Origin: Polyangiaceae bacterium
GTDB lineage: Bacteria > Myxococcota_A > Polyangia > Polyangiales > Polyangiaceae
Direction: 5' to 3'
Assembly (NCBI GenBank): GCA_035063585.1
Contig: JAPSGB010000009.1
Coordinates: 35,980-99,979, forward strand
DNA: 64,000 nt
The notes under the pieces were generated by a model. It saw nothing but the letters and a program-made list of their open reading frames with translations. It had not been told where the DNA came from and did no database searches. Of this stretch, positions 53,500 to 64,000 are shown piece after piece. Positions within the stretch are counted from its first letter, which is position 1, and each line of letters begins with the position of its first letter. A program made the position numbers and the translations under genes.

Positions 53500-54510
53500 T
53501 CACGGCGTGCACACGCCGAGCCAAGCCGGGGTGCCCACGGCCGTGCAGGTCTGCCCCGAAGGACAGCCGCCCAGCCCGGGCGCGCCGCCCACGGTGCCGG
53601 CGGAGGGCGCGCCCGCGTCGCTCAGCTTGCAGAGCCAGCGGCACGCCGCGCCGGCGGAGTCCCCCCAGCAGAACTGCGAATCCATGCAGTCATTCAGGAA
53701 TTTGCACGGCTTCCCCTCGGTCGTGCCGCCATCGGCGTCGTAGTTCGGGAAGCTGCAGGCGAACTCGCGTCCGTCATAGTGGCAGTCCGTCTCGGGGCCG
53801 GACGCGGGGCAGCCGTGCTCCCAGGGCGTGCACGCGACGGGAAAGGTGCACACCGTCATCGAGGCTGCGCCGTCGTCATAGCTCACCGTCATGTTGCAAC
53901 GCCCCTGGGCCCCGCAGAGTGTCGACTCGTCTGCGCCGCAGCACGGCCGCGAGCACTTGGCGAGCACGCAGCGGAGCCCCGGCGCGCACTCGCCATGGCT
54001 CCCGCACGAATCGCCGAGCGCCTTGCCGCCTCGACCGAGCGTCTGGCACTCGGTGCGCCACCCGCCGCCGTCGCCGCTCGCGATCCCGCAGGTGAGCCCG
54101 CTCGGGCAGTCCTGCGCCGCGAGGCTGCACTCGCCGGTCGTCACGTTCGAGACCTCCGACGGCGCACAACTCCTCGGGCCGTCGGCGGAGGCGTCGGACG
54201 AGCCGCCGCCCGTCCCGCCGCTCGACGGCGCCCCGCCTGCATCACCCGAGCCCGCGCCGCCACTCCCGCTCCCCGAGCCGCCGCTGCTCGAGCCCGCATC
54301 GCCGCAGCCCTGGCACGCGCCGTAGCTTGCGCCATTGTCGCTGCACACTTGAAATCCTTCGACACCGCCCCCGCACGCGCACGCCTTCTGTTCGCCGGGT
54401 GTGCAGGCCGGAGCGCCGGAGTCCGACGAGCCGCCATTCGAGCAGCCGAGCGGCAGCGCCCACGCGAAGATCCCGAAGGCGAGAGCACCGAGCGCGCGCC
54501 GCGTCGTCAT
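53500..54510 (-). CDS. Cys-rich lipoprotein (about 33 Cys in 336 aa), function unknown
   Basis: Lipobox ALPLGC. Linker GSSSGGSGSGSGGAGSGDAGG...GGTGGGSS. Dense Cys patterns such as GDSCGSHGECAPGLRCVLAKCSRPCC. Same strand as the ABC exporter genes and 119 nt upstream of them. Confidence 0.7.
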   Translation of the reverse strand: MTTRRALGALAFGIFAWALPLGCSNGGSSDSGAPACTPGEQKACACGGGVEGFQVCSDNGASYGACQGCGDAGSSSGGSGSGSGGAGSGDAGGAPSSGGTGGGSSDASADGPRSCAPSEVSNVTTGECSLAAQDCPSGLTCGIASGDGGGWRTECQTLGRGGKALGDSCGSHGECAPGLRCVLAKCSRPCCGADESTLCGAQGRCNMTVSYDDGAASMTVCTFPVACTPWEHGCPASGPETDCHYDGREFACSFPNYDADGGTTEGKPCKFLNDCMDSQFCWGDSAGAACRWLCKLSDAGAPSAGTVGGAPGLGGCPSGQTCTAVGTPAWLGVCTP

Positions 54511-54582
54511 GGCGCCATGATACCGTCATGCGCCCGCGCCGGAGAGTAGATATCGACCCGGCGCCACGCTCTGCGAGGATGC

Positions 54583-55224
54583 ATGGAAAATCGCGACCAC
54601 TGGGACGACCTCTACGCCTCGAAGGGCGCTACCCAGCCGAGCTTTTTTGCGCCGCACCTCACGCGCTCGCTCGACTTCCTCGAGCGAGCCGGGCTCCACG
54701 CTGACGCGAGCGTCATCGATGTCGGCGGCGGGGCCTCGACGCTCGTGGACGATCTCCTCGCGCGCGGTGTCCATCGTGTCACGGTCGCCGATCTCTCCGA
54801 GCGTGCGCTCGACCTCAGCCGCGCGCGGCTCGGAGCGCGCGCCGAGCACGTGACCTGGCTCGCGGGCGACGTCACCGCGCTCGAGCTCCCGCCGGCGAGC
54901 TTCGACTTCTGGCACGATCGCGCGACATTTCACTTTCTCGTGAGCCCGGCGAGCCGCGCGGCCTATTGCGCCCGGCTCGCCGCCGCAGTGAAGCCGGGCG
55001 GCGGCGTGGTCGTCGCCAGCTTCGCGCCGGACGGCCCCGAGCGGTGCTGCGGGCTCCCCGTGCGTCGCTACTCCGCCGATGCGCTCGCCGCCGAGCTGCG
55101 CGCCGATTTCACGCTCGAGGGCGCGGCGCGCGAGGCGCACCGCACCCCCACCGGCGCGACGCAGCCGTTCCTCTACGCCTGGTTTCGCCGGCGTGGCACG
55201 AGCGCCCCGCGCGGCTCGTCGTAG
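54583..55224 (+). CDS. Class I SAM-dependent methyltransferase
   Basis: HWDDLY..., motif I VIDVGGGASTL, motif II-like VTVADLSERAL, and FDFWHDRATFHFL. This resembles TehB/thiopurine-MTase-like small MTases. Confidence 0.85.
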   Translation: MENRDHWDDLYASKGATQPSFFAPHLTRSLDFLERAGLHADASVIDVGGGASTLVDDLLARGVHRVTVADLSERALDLSRARLGARAEHVTWLAGDVTALELPPASFDFWHDRATFHFLVSPASRAAYCARLAAAVKPGGGVVVASFAPDGPERCCGLPVRRYSADALAAELRADFTLEGAAREAHRTPTGATQPFLYAWFRRRGTSAPRGSS

Positions 55225-55315
55225 TCTTGAAGGGGCTGGGGTCGGTCCGTCGCGGCCGGCGCCGCGCCGCGGCTTTTTGCGCTCGCCGCCCCGCGCGCTA
55301 GAAGGCGGCTCGACC

Positions 55316-55981
55316 ATGCTGCTCCCGCGCCGCCCCAGCCACGTGATCTTCGACCTCGACGGAGTGCTCCTCGACACCGAGCCGCTCTACACGCGCTCGA
55401 CGCAGCAGGTGCTCGACGAGTTCGGCAAGCGGTTCGACTGGTCGGTGAAGGCCGACATGATCGGGCGGAGCTCGCTCGAGGGCGCGCGCCACCTCGTGCG
55501 CGCGCTCGCGCTCCCGCTCTCGCCGGAGGAGTACCTCGCCCGCCGAAAACCCATCCTCGACGCGATGCTCCCGTCTGCCGTCGAGATCCCGGGCGCCAGC
55601 GCGTTCGTGGCGAGGCTCGGCGAGCACGGTGTGCCGATGGTGGTCGCCACCAGCGGCGAGCGGGCGCTCACCGAGCTGAAGGTCGGCTCGCACGGGTGGT
55701 TCGCGCGCTTTCAGCGCATCATCTCGGGGGACGATCCGCGCGTTCACGCGCTCAAGCCTTCGCCAGACATCTTCCTGGTCGCGGCAGAAGAGCTCGGCGC
55801 CGCGCCGCGCGACTGCCTCGTGTTCGAGGACTCGCTCGCGGGCGTCGCGGCCGCGCGGGCCGCCGGCATGCAGGTCGTGGCGCTCCCGGATCCGGAGATG
55901 GACGCCGCGCGCTACCACGACGCCGATCTGGTGGCGCCCCGCGGCTACGCCGAGCTCACCCTCGAGGCGCTCGGGCTCTAG
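55316..55981 (+). CDS. HAD-IA hydrolase (beta-phosphoglucomutase / pseudouridine-5'-phosphatase-like)
   Basis: Motif I is VIFDLDGVLLDTE, motif II is VATSG, and motifs III/IV are KPSPDIF...VFEDSLAGVAAARAAGM. The start is taken at ATG 55316. Confidence 0.86.
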   Translation: MLLPRRPSHVIFDLDGVLLDTEPLYTRSTQQVLDEFGKRFDWSVKADMIGRSSLEGARHLVRALALPLSPEEYLARRKPILDAMLPSAVEIPGASAFVARLGEHGVPMVVATSGERALTELKVGSHGWFARFQRIISGDDPRVHALKPSPDIFLVAAEELGAAPRDCLVFEDSLAGVAAARAAGMQVVALPDPEMDAARYHDADLVAPRGYAELTLEALGL

Positions 55982-56610
55982 GGCGCGCGCGCGTCGAGCG
56001 CGGCGAGCTCTTCGAGCGAGGTCGTGGTCACGTCGAGATCGCGCAGGAGCCCGTCCTTCAGCGCGTAGACCCAGCCGTGCACCGCGACCGGCTGCCCGCG
56101 TTGCCACGCGGCCTGCACGATGGTGGTGTGGCAGGCGTTCCTCACCTGCGCCATGACGTTGAGCTCGCCGAGCCGGTTCACGCGCGCCTCCTCCGTCGGG
56201 AGCGCCATGAGCGCCGCCTCGTGGCGGAGCCAGAGCTTTCGGATCGGGCGGATCCAGTTGTCGACCAGGCCGGTGCGCGGGGGGTTCATCGCGGCGCCAG
56301 CGCCGCCGCAACCGTCGTGACCGCACACGATGATGTGCCGCACGCCGAGCACGTCTACCGCGTACTGTATCACCGTGAGACAGTTCATGTCGGCGTGAAC
56401 CACCAGGTTCGCGACGTTACGATGAACGAAGAGCTCACCGGCGAGGAGCCCGACCACCTGATTGGCGGGCACGCGGCTGTCCGCGCAGCCAATCCAGAGG
56501 TACTCCGGCTTCTGAATCCGGCTGAGCTCCGTGAACGAGCCCGGATGCTTTCGTTCCTCTTCCGCCGCCCAGTGACGGTTCCCCTCGAAGAGCTTCGGCA
56601 AGATCCTCAT
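55978..56610 (-). CDS. can: Beta-class carbonic anhydrase (E. coli Can-like)
   Basis: KPEYLWIGCADSRVP, ELFVHRNVANLV, VCGHDGCGG and LLRDLDVT are near-colinear with E. coli Can (recalled from memory). The start is taken at ATG 56610. Confidence 0.9.
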   Translation of the reverse strand: MRILPKLFEGNRHWAAEEERKHPGSFTELSRIQKPEYLWIGCADSRVPANQVVGLLAGELFVHRNVANLVVHADMNCLTVIQYAVDVLGVRHIIVCGHDGCGGAGAAMNPPRTGLVDNWIRPIRKLWLRHEAALMALPTEEARVNRLGELNVMAQVRNACHTTIVQAAWQRGQPVAVHGWVYALKDGLLRDLDVTTTSLEELAALDARAP

Positions 56611-56710
56611 GGCCGCCTTCTCGCCCATGAGCGCGCGCGACGCCAGACGAAATCGGAGGGCGGAGGGGGGCGCTTGCGTTCGCGGGGCGTTCCGTCTTAG
56701 GGCACGAGGC

Positions 56711-57520
56711 ATGAAGCTCGACTCGTCGACGCGCGCCGTGGTCACCGGCGCAGGCAGCGGGCTCGGCCGCGCGCTCGCCGAGGAGCTCGCCCGCCGCGGC
56801 GCGAGCCTCCTCCTGGCGGACATCGACCTCGACGGCGCGAGCGAGACGGTGAAGCTGCTCGGCGGAGCGCGCGCGCACGCGGTAGCGTGTGACGTCTCGA
56901 GAGCGGCCGCGGTCGAGGCGCTCGCCGAAGAGGCCGAGCGCCGCCTCGGTGGCGTCGATCTCGTCGTCAACAACGCCGGCGTCGCGGTGGCGGGGAGCGT
57001 GGGCGAGGTCCCGCTCGACGACTGGGAATGGATCATGGGCGTGAACCTGTGGGGCGTCATCCACGGCTGCCACAGCTTCGTCCCGCGCCTCCGGCGGCAA
57101 GGCCGCGGCGCCATCCTGAACGTCGCCTCGGCGGCGGGCCTCCTCTCGACGCCGCGCATGGCGCCTTACAACGTCACCAAGGCGGGCGTCGTGGCGCTCT
57201 CCGAGACGCTCGCCGGCGAGCTCGCCGGGAGCGGGGTCTCCGTGACCGCGCTCTGCCCCACCTTCTTTCATACCAACATCATGACGAGCGGGCGCGGCGA
57301 CTACATGAAGGGCATGACGAGCACCGTCGAGAGGCTCATGAGCCTCACCAAGGTCCAGGCCCCCGAGGTCGCCCGCGCCGCGCTCGACGCCACCGAGGCC
57401 GGTCGGCTCTACGCGATCCCGCACCGCGACGGGCGCTGGCTCTGGCGCCTGAAGCGCGCGCTCCCCGAGCGCTATTTCGACATCATGGGGCTCGTCACCC
57501 GAAGCGGCGCGATCGACTGA
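56711..57520 (+). CDS. Short-chain dehydrogenase/reductase (classical SDR)
   Basis: AVVTGAGSGLGRALAEEL, NNAGV, and catalytic S...YNVTKAG. The start is taken at ATG 56711. Confidence 0.86.
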   Translation: MKLDSSTRAVVTGAGSGLGRALAEELARRGASLLLADIDLDGASETVKLLGGARAHAVACDVSRAAAVEALAEEAERRLGGVDLVVNNAGVAVAGSVGEVPLDDWEWIMGVNLWGVIHGCHSFVPRLRRQGRGAILNVASAAGLLSTPRMAPYNVTKAGVVALSETLAGELAGSGVSVTALCPTFFHTNIMTSGRGDYMKGMTSTVERLMSLTKVQAPEVARAALDATEAGRLYAIPHRDGRWLWRLKRALPERYFDIMGLVTRSGAID

Positions 57521-57522
57521 GC

Positions 57523-58974
57523 CTACCGCGCTGCCTCGACGCGCATCCCGTCGACGGTGAGGCTCACCGCGCTCGGCGCAGCGCTCGTGCGCGGCACGAA
57601 GAGCCACCCGCCCGGCATGTGATCGTAGGGGAAGAACTGCGCCTCCACGGTGCGCGTCTCAGCGCCGGCGCGCACCGTCACCGGGAGCGGCGCGCCCGCG
57701 AAGGTCGCGTCGCGGAGCACGCTCGGCCCCCACTCGACCACGCCGGCTCCGTCCACCGCGACGAGATCATACTCGGTGGCCGGCCCTTGCACGGACGGCA
57801 GGTTGATGCGTTGCCCGCGAGCGTGGAGCGCCGCGTAGTTGTAGTCGCTAATCCACTTCTTGTCGCAGTAGCCCATGATGTCCGAGTAGACGCTCGGGTC
57901 CACGAGCTGGCGCGCGAAGCGGTCGTAGCCCCAGGTTCCGATGCTTCCCTTGGGGTACGGGAAGCTCTGGTCGACCGACTGCGGATCGAGTCCCGGGCCG
58001 CAGTTGGCGTGCTCGCGTCCGTGCGCGTGCCCCGTCTCGTGCGCGGCGGTGTCGGCGGCGTACTCGGTGTAGCCCACGCCGAGCGCGAGGCGGAGCCCCA
58101 CCGTGCCCACGTCCGGCGGGTTGTTGTTGAGCAGCGTCACCCCGAGCATGCAGCCGAAACCGCAGTACTGCGCGAACGACTCGTTCGGGTTGAACATACC
58201 GTAGAGGTACGTGTCATCCGGGATGTGCTCGCCAGTGCGAATCGAGAAGAGCTTCACCCCGACCCCCTGCCACCCGGTGCCGTCCTTGGTGATGGCCTGC
58301 GTCCACGGCACCGGTTCGTGGACGCTCATCTCGACGTTCGACACCGGGTAGAGCTGCAGGAACCGCTGTCGGATCCGCTCGACCTGCTCGGGCGAGGTGT
58401 CGGGCAGGCGCCCCGAGCCGTCCGTGTCATAGCGGAACGGCACGATGATCATGCGGAGCGTGTTCTGCTTCCCTTCGACCGGCACGCTCGCGAGGCCATC
58501 CGCCGGATAGTGCGCCTCGGCGTGGTCGGCATCCCCGGGCTGGAGGAGGCTCACCGCGTAGGACAGCGTGTCGCCGATGCGCGCGCCCGGAACGTCGAAG
58601 TCGATGGTGCTGGCGAGATCCGCCTGCGAGGAGATGCGGCCGAGCGCAGTGAACTGCTCGAGCGGGGCACCTGCTCCGAGCTTCAGCCGCGCCCTCACGG
58701 GGTGGCCGTCGTACTTCGAGTCGGTCGCGTAGAAGACCCGCACCATCGCGTCACGCCCCGCGATGAGCGGCACGCTCGACTGCGCCGGCGCGCCGTTCAC
58801 CATGAGATCGCGCTCCACCCCCTGATAGATGGCGATCCGAGTCACCAGCACGCCGGCCGCGCCGACCTCACTCTTCGCGCCCTCTTCCGCCGCCGAGTCG
58901 TTTCCCGAACACGCGGCGAGCATCGAGACGCAGACCGTGACCAGCGGGAGCGCGCGCATTCTCATGCGGCTCAC
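57523..58974 (-). CDS. Lipoprotein zinc metalloprotease with extended HExxHxxGxxH motif (metzincin/M66-like)
   Basis: Lipobox SMLAAC. The metal site is AAHETGHAHGREHANCGPG, and a downstream IMGYC may be the Met-turn region. Confidence 0.75.
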   Translation of the reverse strand: MSRMRMRALPLVTVCVSMLAACSGNDSAAEEGAKSEVGAAGVLVTRIAIYQGVERDLMVNGAPAQSSVPLIAGRDAMVRVFYATDSKYDGHPVRARLKLGAGAPLEQFTALGRISSQADLASTIDFDVPGARIGDTLSYAVSLLQPGDADHAEAHYPADGLASVPVEGKQNTLRMIIVPFRYDTDGSGRLPDTSPEQVERIRQRFLQLYPVSNVEMSVHEPVPWTQAITKDGTGWQGVGVKLFSIRTGEHIPDDTYLYGMFNPNESFAQYCGFGCMLGVTLLNNNPPDVGTVGLRLALGVGYTEYAADTAAHETGHAHGREHANCGPGLDPQSVDQSFPYPKGSIGTWGYDRFARQLVDPSVYSDIMGYCDKKWISDYNYAALHARGQRINLPSVQGPATEYDLVAVDGAGVVEWGPSVLRDATFAGAPLPVTVRAGAETRTVEAQFFPYDHMPGGWLFVPRTSAAPSAVSLTVDGMRVEAAR

Positions 58975-59161
58975 TTAGCATTTCCCGCGTCGCGCCACGG
59001 CGCGTTTCCTCGGACGCCGCGCGCTCCCGCTCGGAGCCAGGTAGGGGGATGTCGGTGCGGCGCGGAACCCCGAGCCGAGGCGGCGTCACTCCCCGAGGAG
59101 CGCCCTGCGCGGCGCCCTCGCCTCGTGAATCCAGAGGGGCGGCGTGGTATGCCGCGCGCCC

Positions 59162-60505
59162 ATGAGCCGCATCCACAAGACGCTCCCCGCGCCCGGGACC
59201 AAGATCGGCATCGCCTTCTCGGGTGGCCTCGACACTCGCGCTGCCGTGGCGTGGATGAGCCAGAAGGGCGTCGAGGTGCACGCCTACACCGCGGACCTCG
59301 CGCAGCCCGACGAGAAGAGCGTGGCGGATATCCCGCCCATCGCCCTCGAGCACGGCGCGAAGTCCGCGAAGCTCATCGACTGCCGTGAGGCGATGGTGAA
59401 GGAGGGCATCATCGCGATCCAGTGCGGGGCGTTCCACCTCCAGAGCGGCGGCCGGAAGTACTTCAACACGACCCCGCTCGGCCGCGCGGTGACCACCACC
59501 GCGCTCGTGCGGCAAATGCGTGAGGACGGCGTACACGTCTTCGGAGACGGCAGCACCCACAAGGGCAACGACATCCAGCGCTTCTTTCGCTACGGGCTCC
59601 TGGTCGATCCGACCCTCACCATCTATAAGCCCTGGCTCGATCAGCGCTTCGTCGACGAGCTCGGCGGGCGCAAGGAGATGAGCGAGTTCCTCGCCTCGCT
59701 CGGCAAACCCTACCGGCTCGGCGCAGACAAGGCCTACAGCACCGACTCGAACGTGCTCGGCGCGACCCACGAGGCCAAGGATCTCGAGCACCTCGACCGC
59801 GGTATCCGCATCGTGGAGCCCATCATGGGGGTCGCCTTCTGGCGACCCGAGGTCCGAGTCGAGCCCGAGGAGGTCGTCATCGAGTTCGAGCGCGGCATCC
59901 CCGTCTCGATCGGGGGCGAGCGCCGGGAGAGCCTGTTCGAGCTGTTCGAGCTCGCCAACCGGATCGGGGGTCGCCATGGCCTCGGGATGAGCGATCAAAT
60001 CGAGAACCGCGTCATCGACGCCAAGAGCCGCGGCATCTACGAGGCGCCGGGCATGGCGCTCCTCCACATCGCCTACGAGCGGCTGCTCAGCGCCATCCAC
60101 AACGAGAGCACCATGGATCTCTACTTCACCCTCGGACGACGGCTCGGTCGCGTCCTCTACGAGGGCAAGTGGTACGACCCCGAGGGGCTGCTCTTGAAGG
60201 ACGCGCTCATGCGCTGGATCGCCCCGAGCGTCTCGGGCGCGGTCACGCTCGAGCTCCGCCGAGGTGACGACTACACCATCGTCGACACCCGCGCCGAGCA
60301 CATGACCTATCACCCCGACAAGCTCAGCATGGAGAAGGTCGCGGCAGCCTTCTCCCCCGAGGACCGGATCGGCGCGCTCGAGGTGCAGGCGCTCAGCGTG
60401 ACCGATAACCGCGCGCTCATCCTCCACCACCTCGCCGCGACGCAGGCGCTCCCGTCGCGTGACACCGCGATCGGCGAGCTGCTCGGCGAGACGGAGCCGT
60501 CGTAG
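59162..60505 (+). CDS. argG: Argininosuccinate synthase, long (E. coli-type) form
   Basis: [20 protein letters not shown]-like [72 protein letters not shown]. Colinear with E. coli ArgG (recalled from memory). Confidence 0.94.
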   Translation: MSRIHKTLPAPGTKIGIAFSGGLDTRAAVAWMSQKGVEVHAYTADLAQPDEKSVADIPPIALEHGAKSAKLIDCREAMVKEGIIAIQCGAFHLQSGGRKYFNTTPLGRAVTTTALVRQMREDGVHVFGDGSTHKGNDIQRFFRYGLLVDPTLTIYKPWLDQRFVDELGGRKEMSEFLASLGKPYRLGADKAYSTDSNVLGATHEAKDLEHLDRGIRIVEPIMGVAFWRPEVRVEPEEVVIEFERGIPVSIGGERRESLFELFELANRIGGRHGLGMSDQIENRVIDAKSRGIYEAPGMALLHIAYERLLSAIHNESTMDLYFTLGRRLGRVLYEGKWYDPEGLLLKDALMRWIAPSVSGAVTLELRRGDDYTIVDTRAEHMTYHPDKLSMEKVAAAFSPEDRIGALEVQALSVTDNRALILHHLAATQALPSRDTAIGELLGETEPS

Positions 60506-60539
60506 CTCGGACGCGCGGCGCGGCACCCGAACGCGCCGG

Positions 60540-61912
<1,373 letters not shown>

Positions 61913-61916
<4 letters not shown>

Positions 61917-63682
61917 CGCGCCTCCCCCTCCGTCTTCGCAGGATCCGTCGGCAACGCAAGCACGAAGGTGGCGCCCAGCCGGGACGGCGCGAGGGTGAGC
62001 TCGCCTCCGTGCGCGGCGGCGATCTTCCGCGCCATCGCGAGCCCGATCCCTACCCCGCTCGGCTTGCCGGTGACGAAGGGCTCGAACAGGGTCTCTCTGA
62101 GCGCCTCGGGGACGCCGGGGCCGTTGTCCGACACGCGCACGATGATGGCTTCGGGACGCGCCTCCACGCTGACGAGCACGCGCGGGTGTTCGCTCGGCGA
62201 GGTGCCGGCGAGGGCGTCGAGGGCGTTCGAGACCAGGTTCGAGATGGCGATCTGGAGGAGCACCGGATCGCCCGAGAGCGGGAGCGGAGCGTCGGCGCCC
62301 TCGACGACGAGCGCGACGTCGAGCTCGGCAGCGACGTCGCGCCAGAGCCGGAGCGCGCTCTCGATGAGCGTGCTGAGCTCGATCGCCGCGCGCCGCGGCT
62401 CCGGATCCTTGGCAAATAGCATGAGCTGGTGCGTGAAGCTGCTCAGGCGCTCGATCTCGGCGCGCAGCTCGGCGACCACGCGCTCGCTCGGCTGGGCTCG
62501 GTCGCGCAAGACGAGATCGAGGCCCATCTTGAGTCCATTCAGGGAGTTTCGGACCTCGTGCGCGATGAGACTTGCGGCCTCACCGATGCGCTGGAGCCGC
62601 TCCTCGCGGACCACCTGCGCCTCCGACCGCTGGAACTCGCGAAACGAGCGTCTGAGCAGGAGCACGAGCGCGAAGAGGGGCGCCAGCGCCAGGCTGAGCC
62701 CGAAGAGGAGCCGGGTGCGGAGGCGGGCGGTGACGTTCGAGAAGAGCTCCGTCTCCTGGGCGAGCGTGAGGAGCGCGAGCTCGCCGACCGAGATCGGCGC
62801 GGCCGCGACGATGGTCGGCACGTCATCGAGCCGCACCTCGGTCGCGAAGGGGGTCATCGGCCTCCGCGCGAACAGCCCGGTCCACTCATCGGTGGAAGAA
62901 AAACGCGGCGGCACGGGCGGATACACGACGTTGCCGCGCTCGGTGGCGAGCACGGTCATCCGGCTCGAGTCGTCGTCGCCGATTGGGCGATCTTTGGTGA
63001 GATCGACGCCGCCGACCAGCGCGCCGGTGAATTGACCGTCGCGCACCACCGGGGAGACCACGAACACGACCGCATCGGTCGACTGCGGATCGACCGGGAC
63101 GATCCGAGCTTCGACGCTCCGCTCGGCCTCGAGGAACCAGGGTTGATTTCCGAGCGAGGTCCCCCGGTGCAAGAACTGGCGCGGCTCGGCCCACTGCACG
63201 GTGCCCTCGAGATCCACCACGGCCACACCGAGGTTGAAGAACGTGCTGTTCTCGTGCGCGATCTCGAGCAGGCGCCGCTCGGGCGCCATGTTGGCGTCGA
63301 GCAGGTTGACCTCCGAGCGCAGGCCGAGACGCTGGAGCTCGGCGACGAGCAGGGCGAGGTGCTGACCGAGGTAGCTCGCCCGCACCTGGGTCTCGAGCTC
63401 GAGCCGTCTCACCACCTGCTCGCGGTCGTGATTTCGGTCGGTGACCAGCGCGGCCACCAGCATCGCGATGGCGACGCTGCTCGCCCCCAGGTAGACGAGC
63501 AGCACCGCTTTGGCGAAGCGCGCGTGGACTGCCGCGCTCTTGCCTGCCGCGCCGCTAGCCGTCGACGACACCTCGCTCGAGAGGATACTCTCGGTCGGCA
63601 CGTCGTCCAAGCCGCTCCCTCGCTCCACGTCGCCGGCTCGCTCGGACGGAGAGCAGCCCCCGGCGCCCGCACTCGCTCGCAC
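61913..63682 (-). CDS. Sensor histidine kinase (two TM, periplasmic Cache/dCache-like domain, HisKA, HATPase_c)
   Basis: TM1 is AVLLVYLGASSVAIAMLVAALV and TM2 is LLFGLSLALAPLFALVLLL. H-box LIAHEVRNSLNGL, N-box ISNLVSNALDAL, G-boxes DNGPGVP and GVGIGLAMARKI. A GTG start at 63682 is assumed. Confidence 0.85.
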
Positions 63683-63683
63683 C

Positions 63684-64000
<317 letters not shown>

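Overview
This is a very GC-rich, gene-dense chromosomal segment in which third codon positions are almost all G/C. I call 54 protein-coding genes, one of them visibly frameshifted. I found no rRNA, tRNA, CRISPR array, transposase, integrase or phage genes. The gene content points to a myxobacterium of the Sorangium/Polyangium type; this is inference, not a search result. It rests on two eukaryotic-like Ser/Thr kinases, two sigma-54 NtrC-type activators, two PEP-CTERM proteins, and many lipoproteins with Gly/Ser-rich linkers and Cys-rich modules. Secreted S46, MA-like and metzincin-like peptidases and a lipase fit the same picture. Most of the window is ordinary housekeeping: lplA, rnd, greB, pssA, argG, can, an ABC-F factor, AlaX-L, beta-oxidation enzymes, USPs and HAD hydrolases. 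Many genes are coupled by 1-4 nt start/stop overlaps. I did not find a convincing multi-gene new system with defence-island or mobile-element hallmarks. The least ordinary parts are: (1) a 1244-aa lipoprotein (38488-42222) built from 5 + 13 tandem Cys-rich modules; (2) two adjacent lipoproteins (5789-8042) that share a ~61-aa six-Cys module (~80% identical) but carry unrelated C-terminal putative lytic domains; (3) an HDAC11-like deacetylase fused to a ~265-aa uncharacterised, possibly GNAT-like, domain and bracketed by two USP genes; (4) an SPFH-like / double zinc-ribbon / TM / Cys-ectodomain protein; (5) a PEP-CTERM gene whose body and sorting signal sit in different frames at a G7 run, with a G16 tract 2 kb away; (6) a DevCAB/MacAB-type exporter operon behind a Cys-rich lipoprotein gene. 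Because of the GC content the ORF track contains many long Arg/Ala-rich shadow ORFs, which I rejected. All family calls come from motif recognition by eye, not from database searches.
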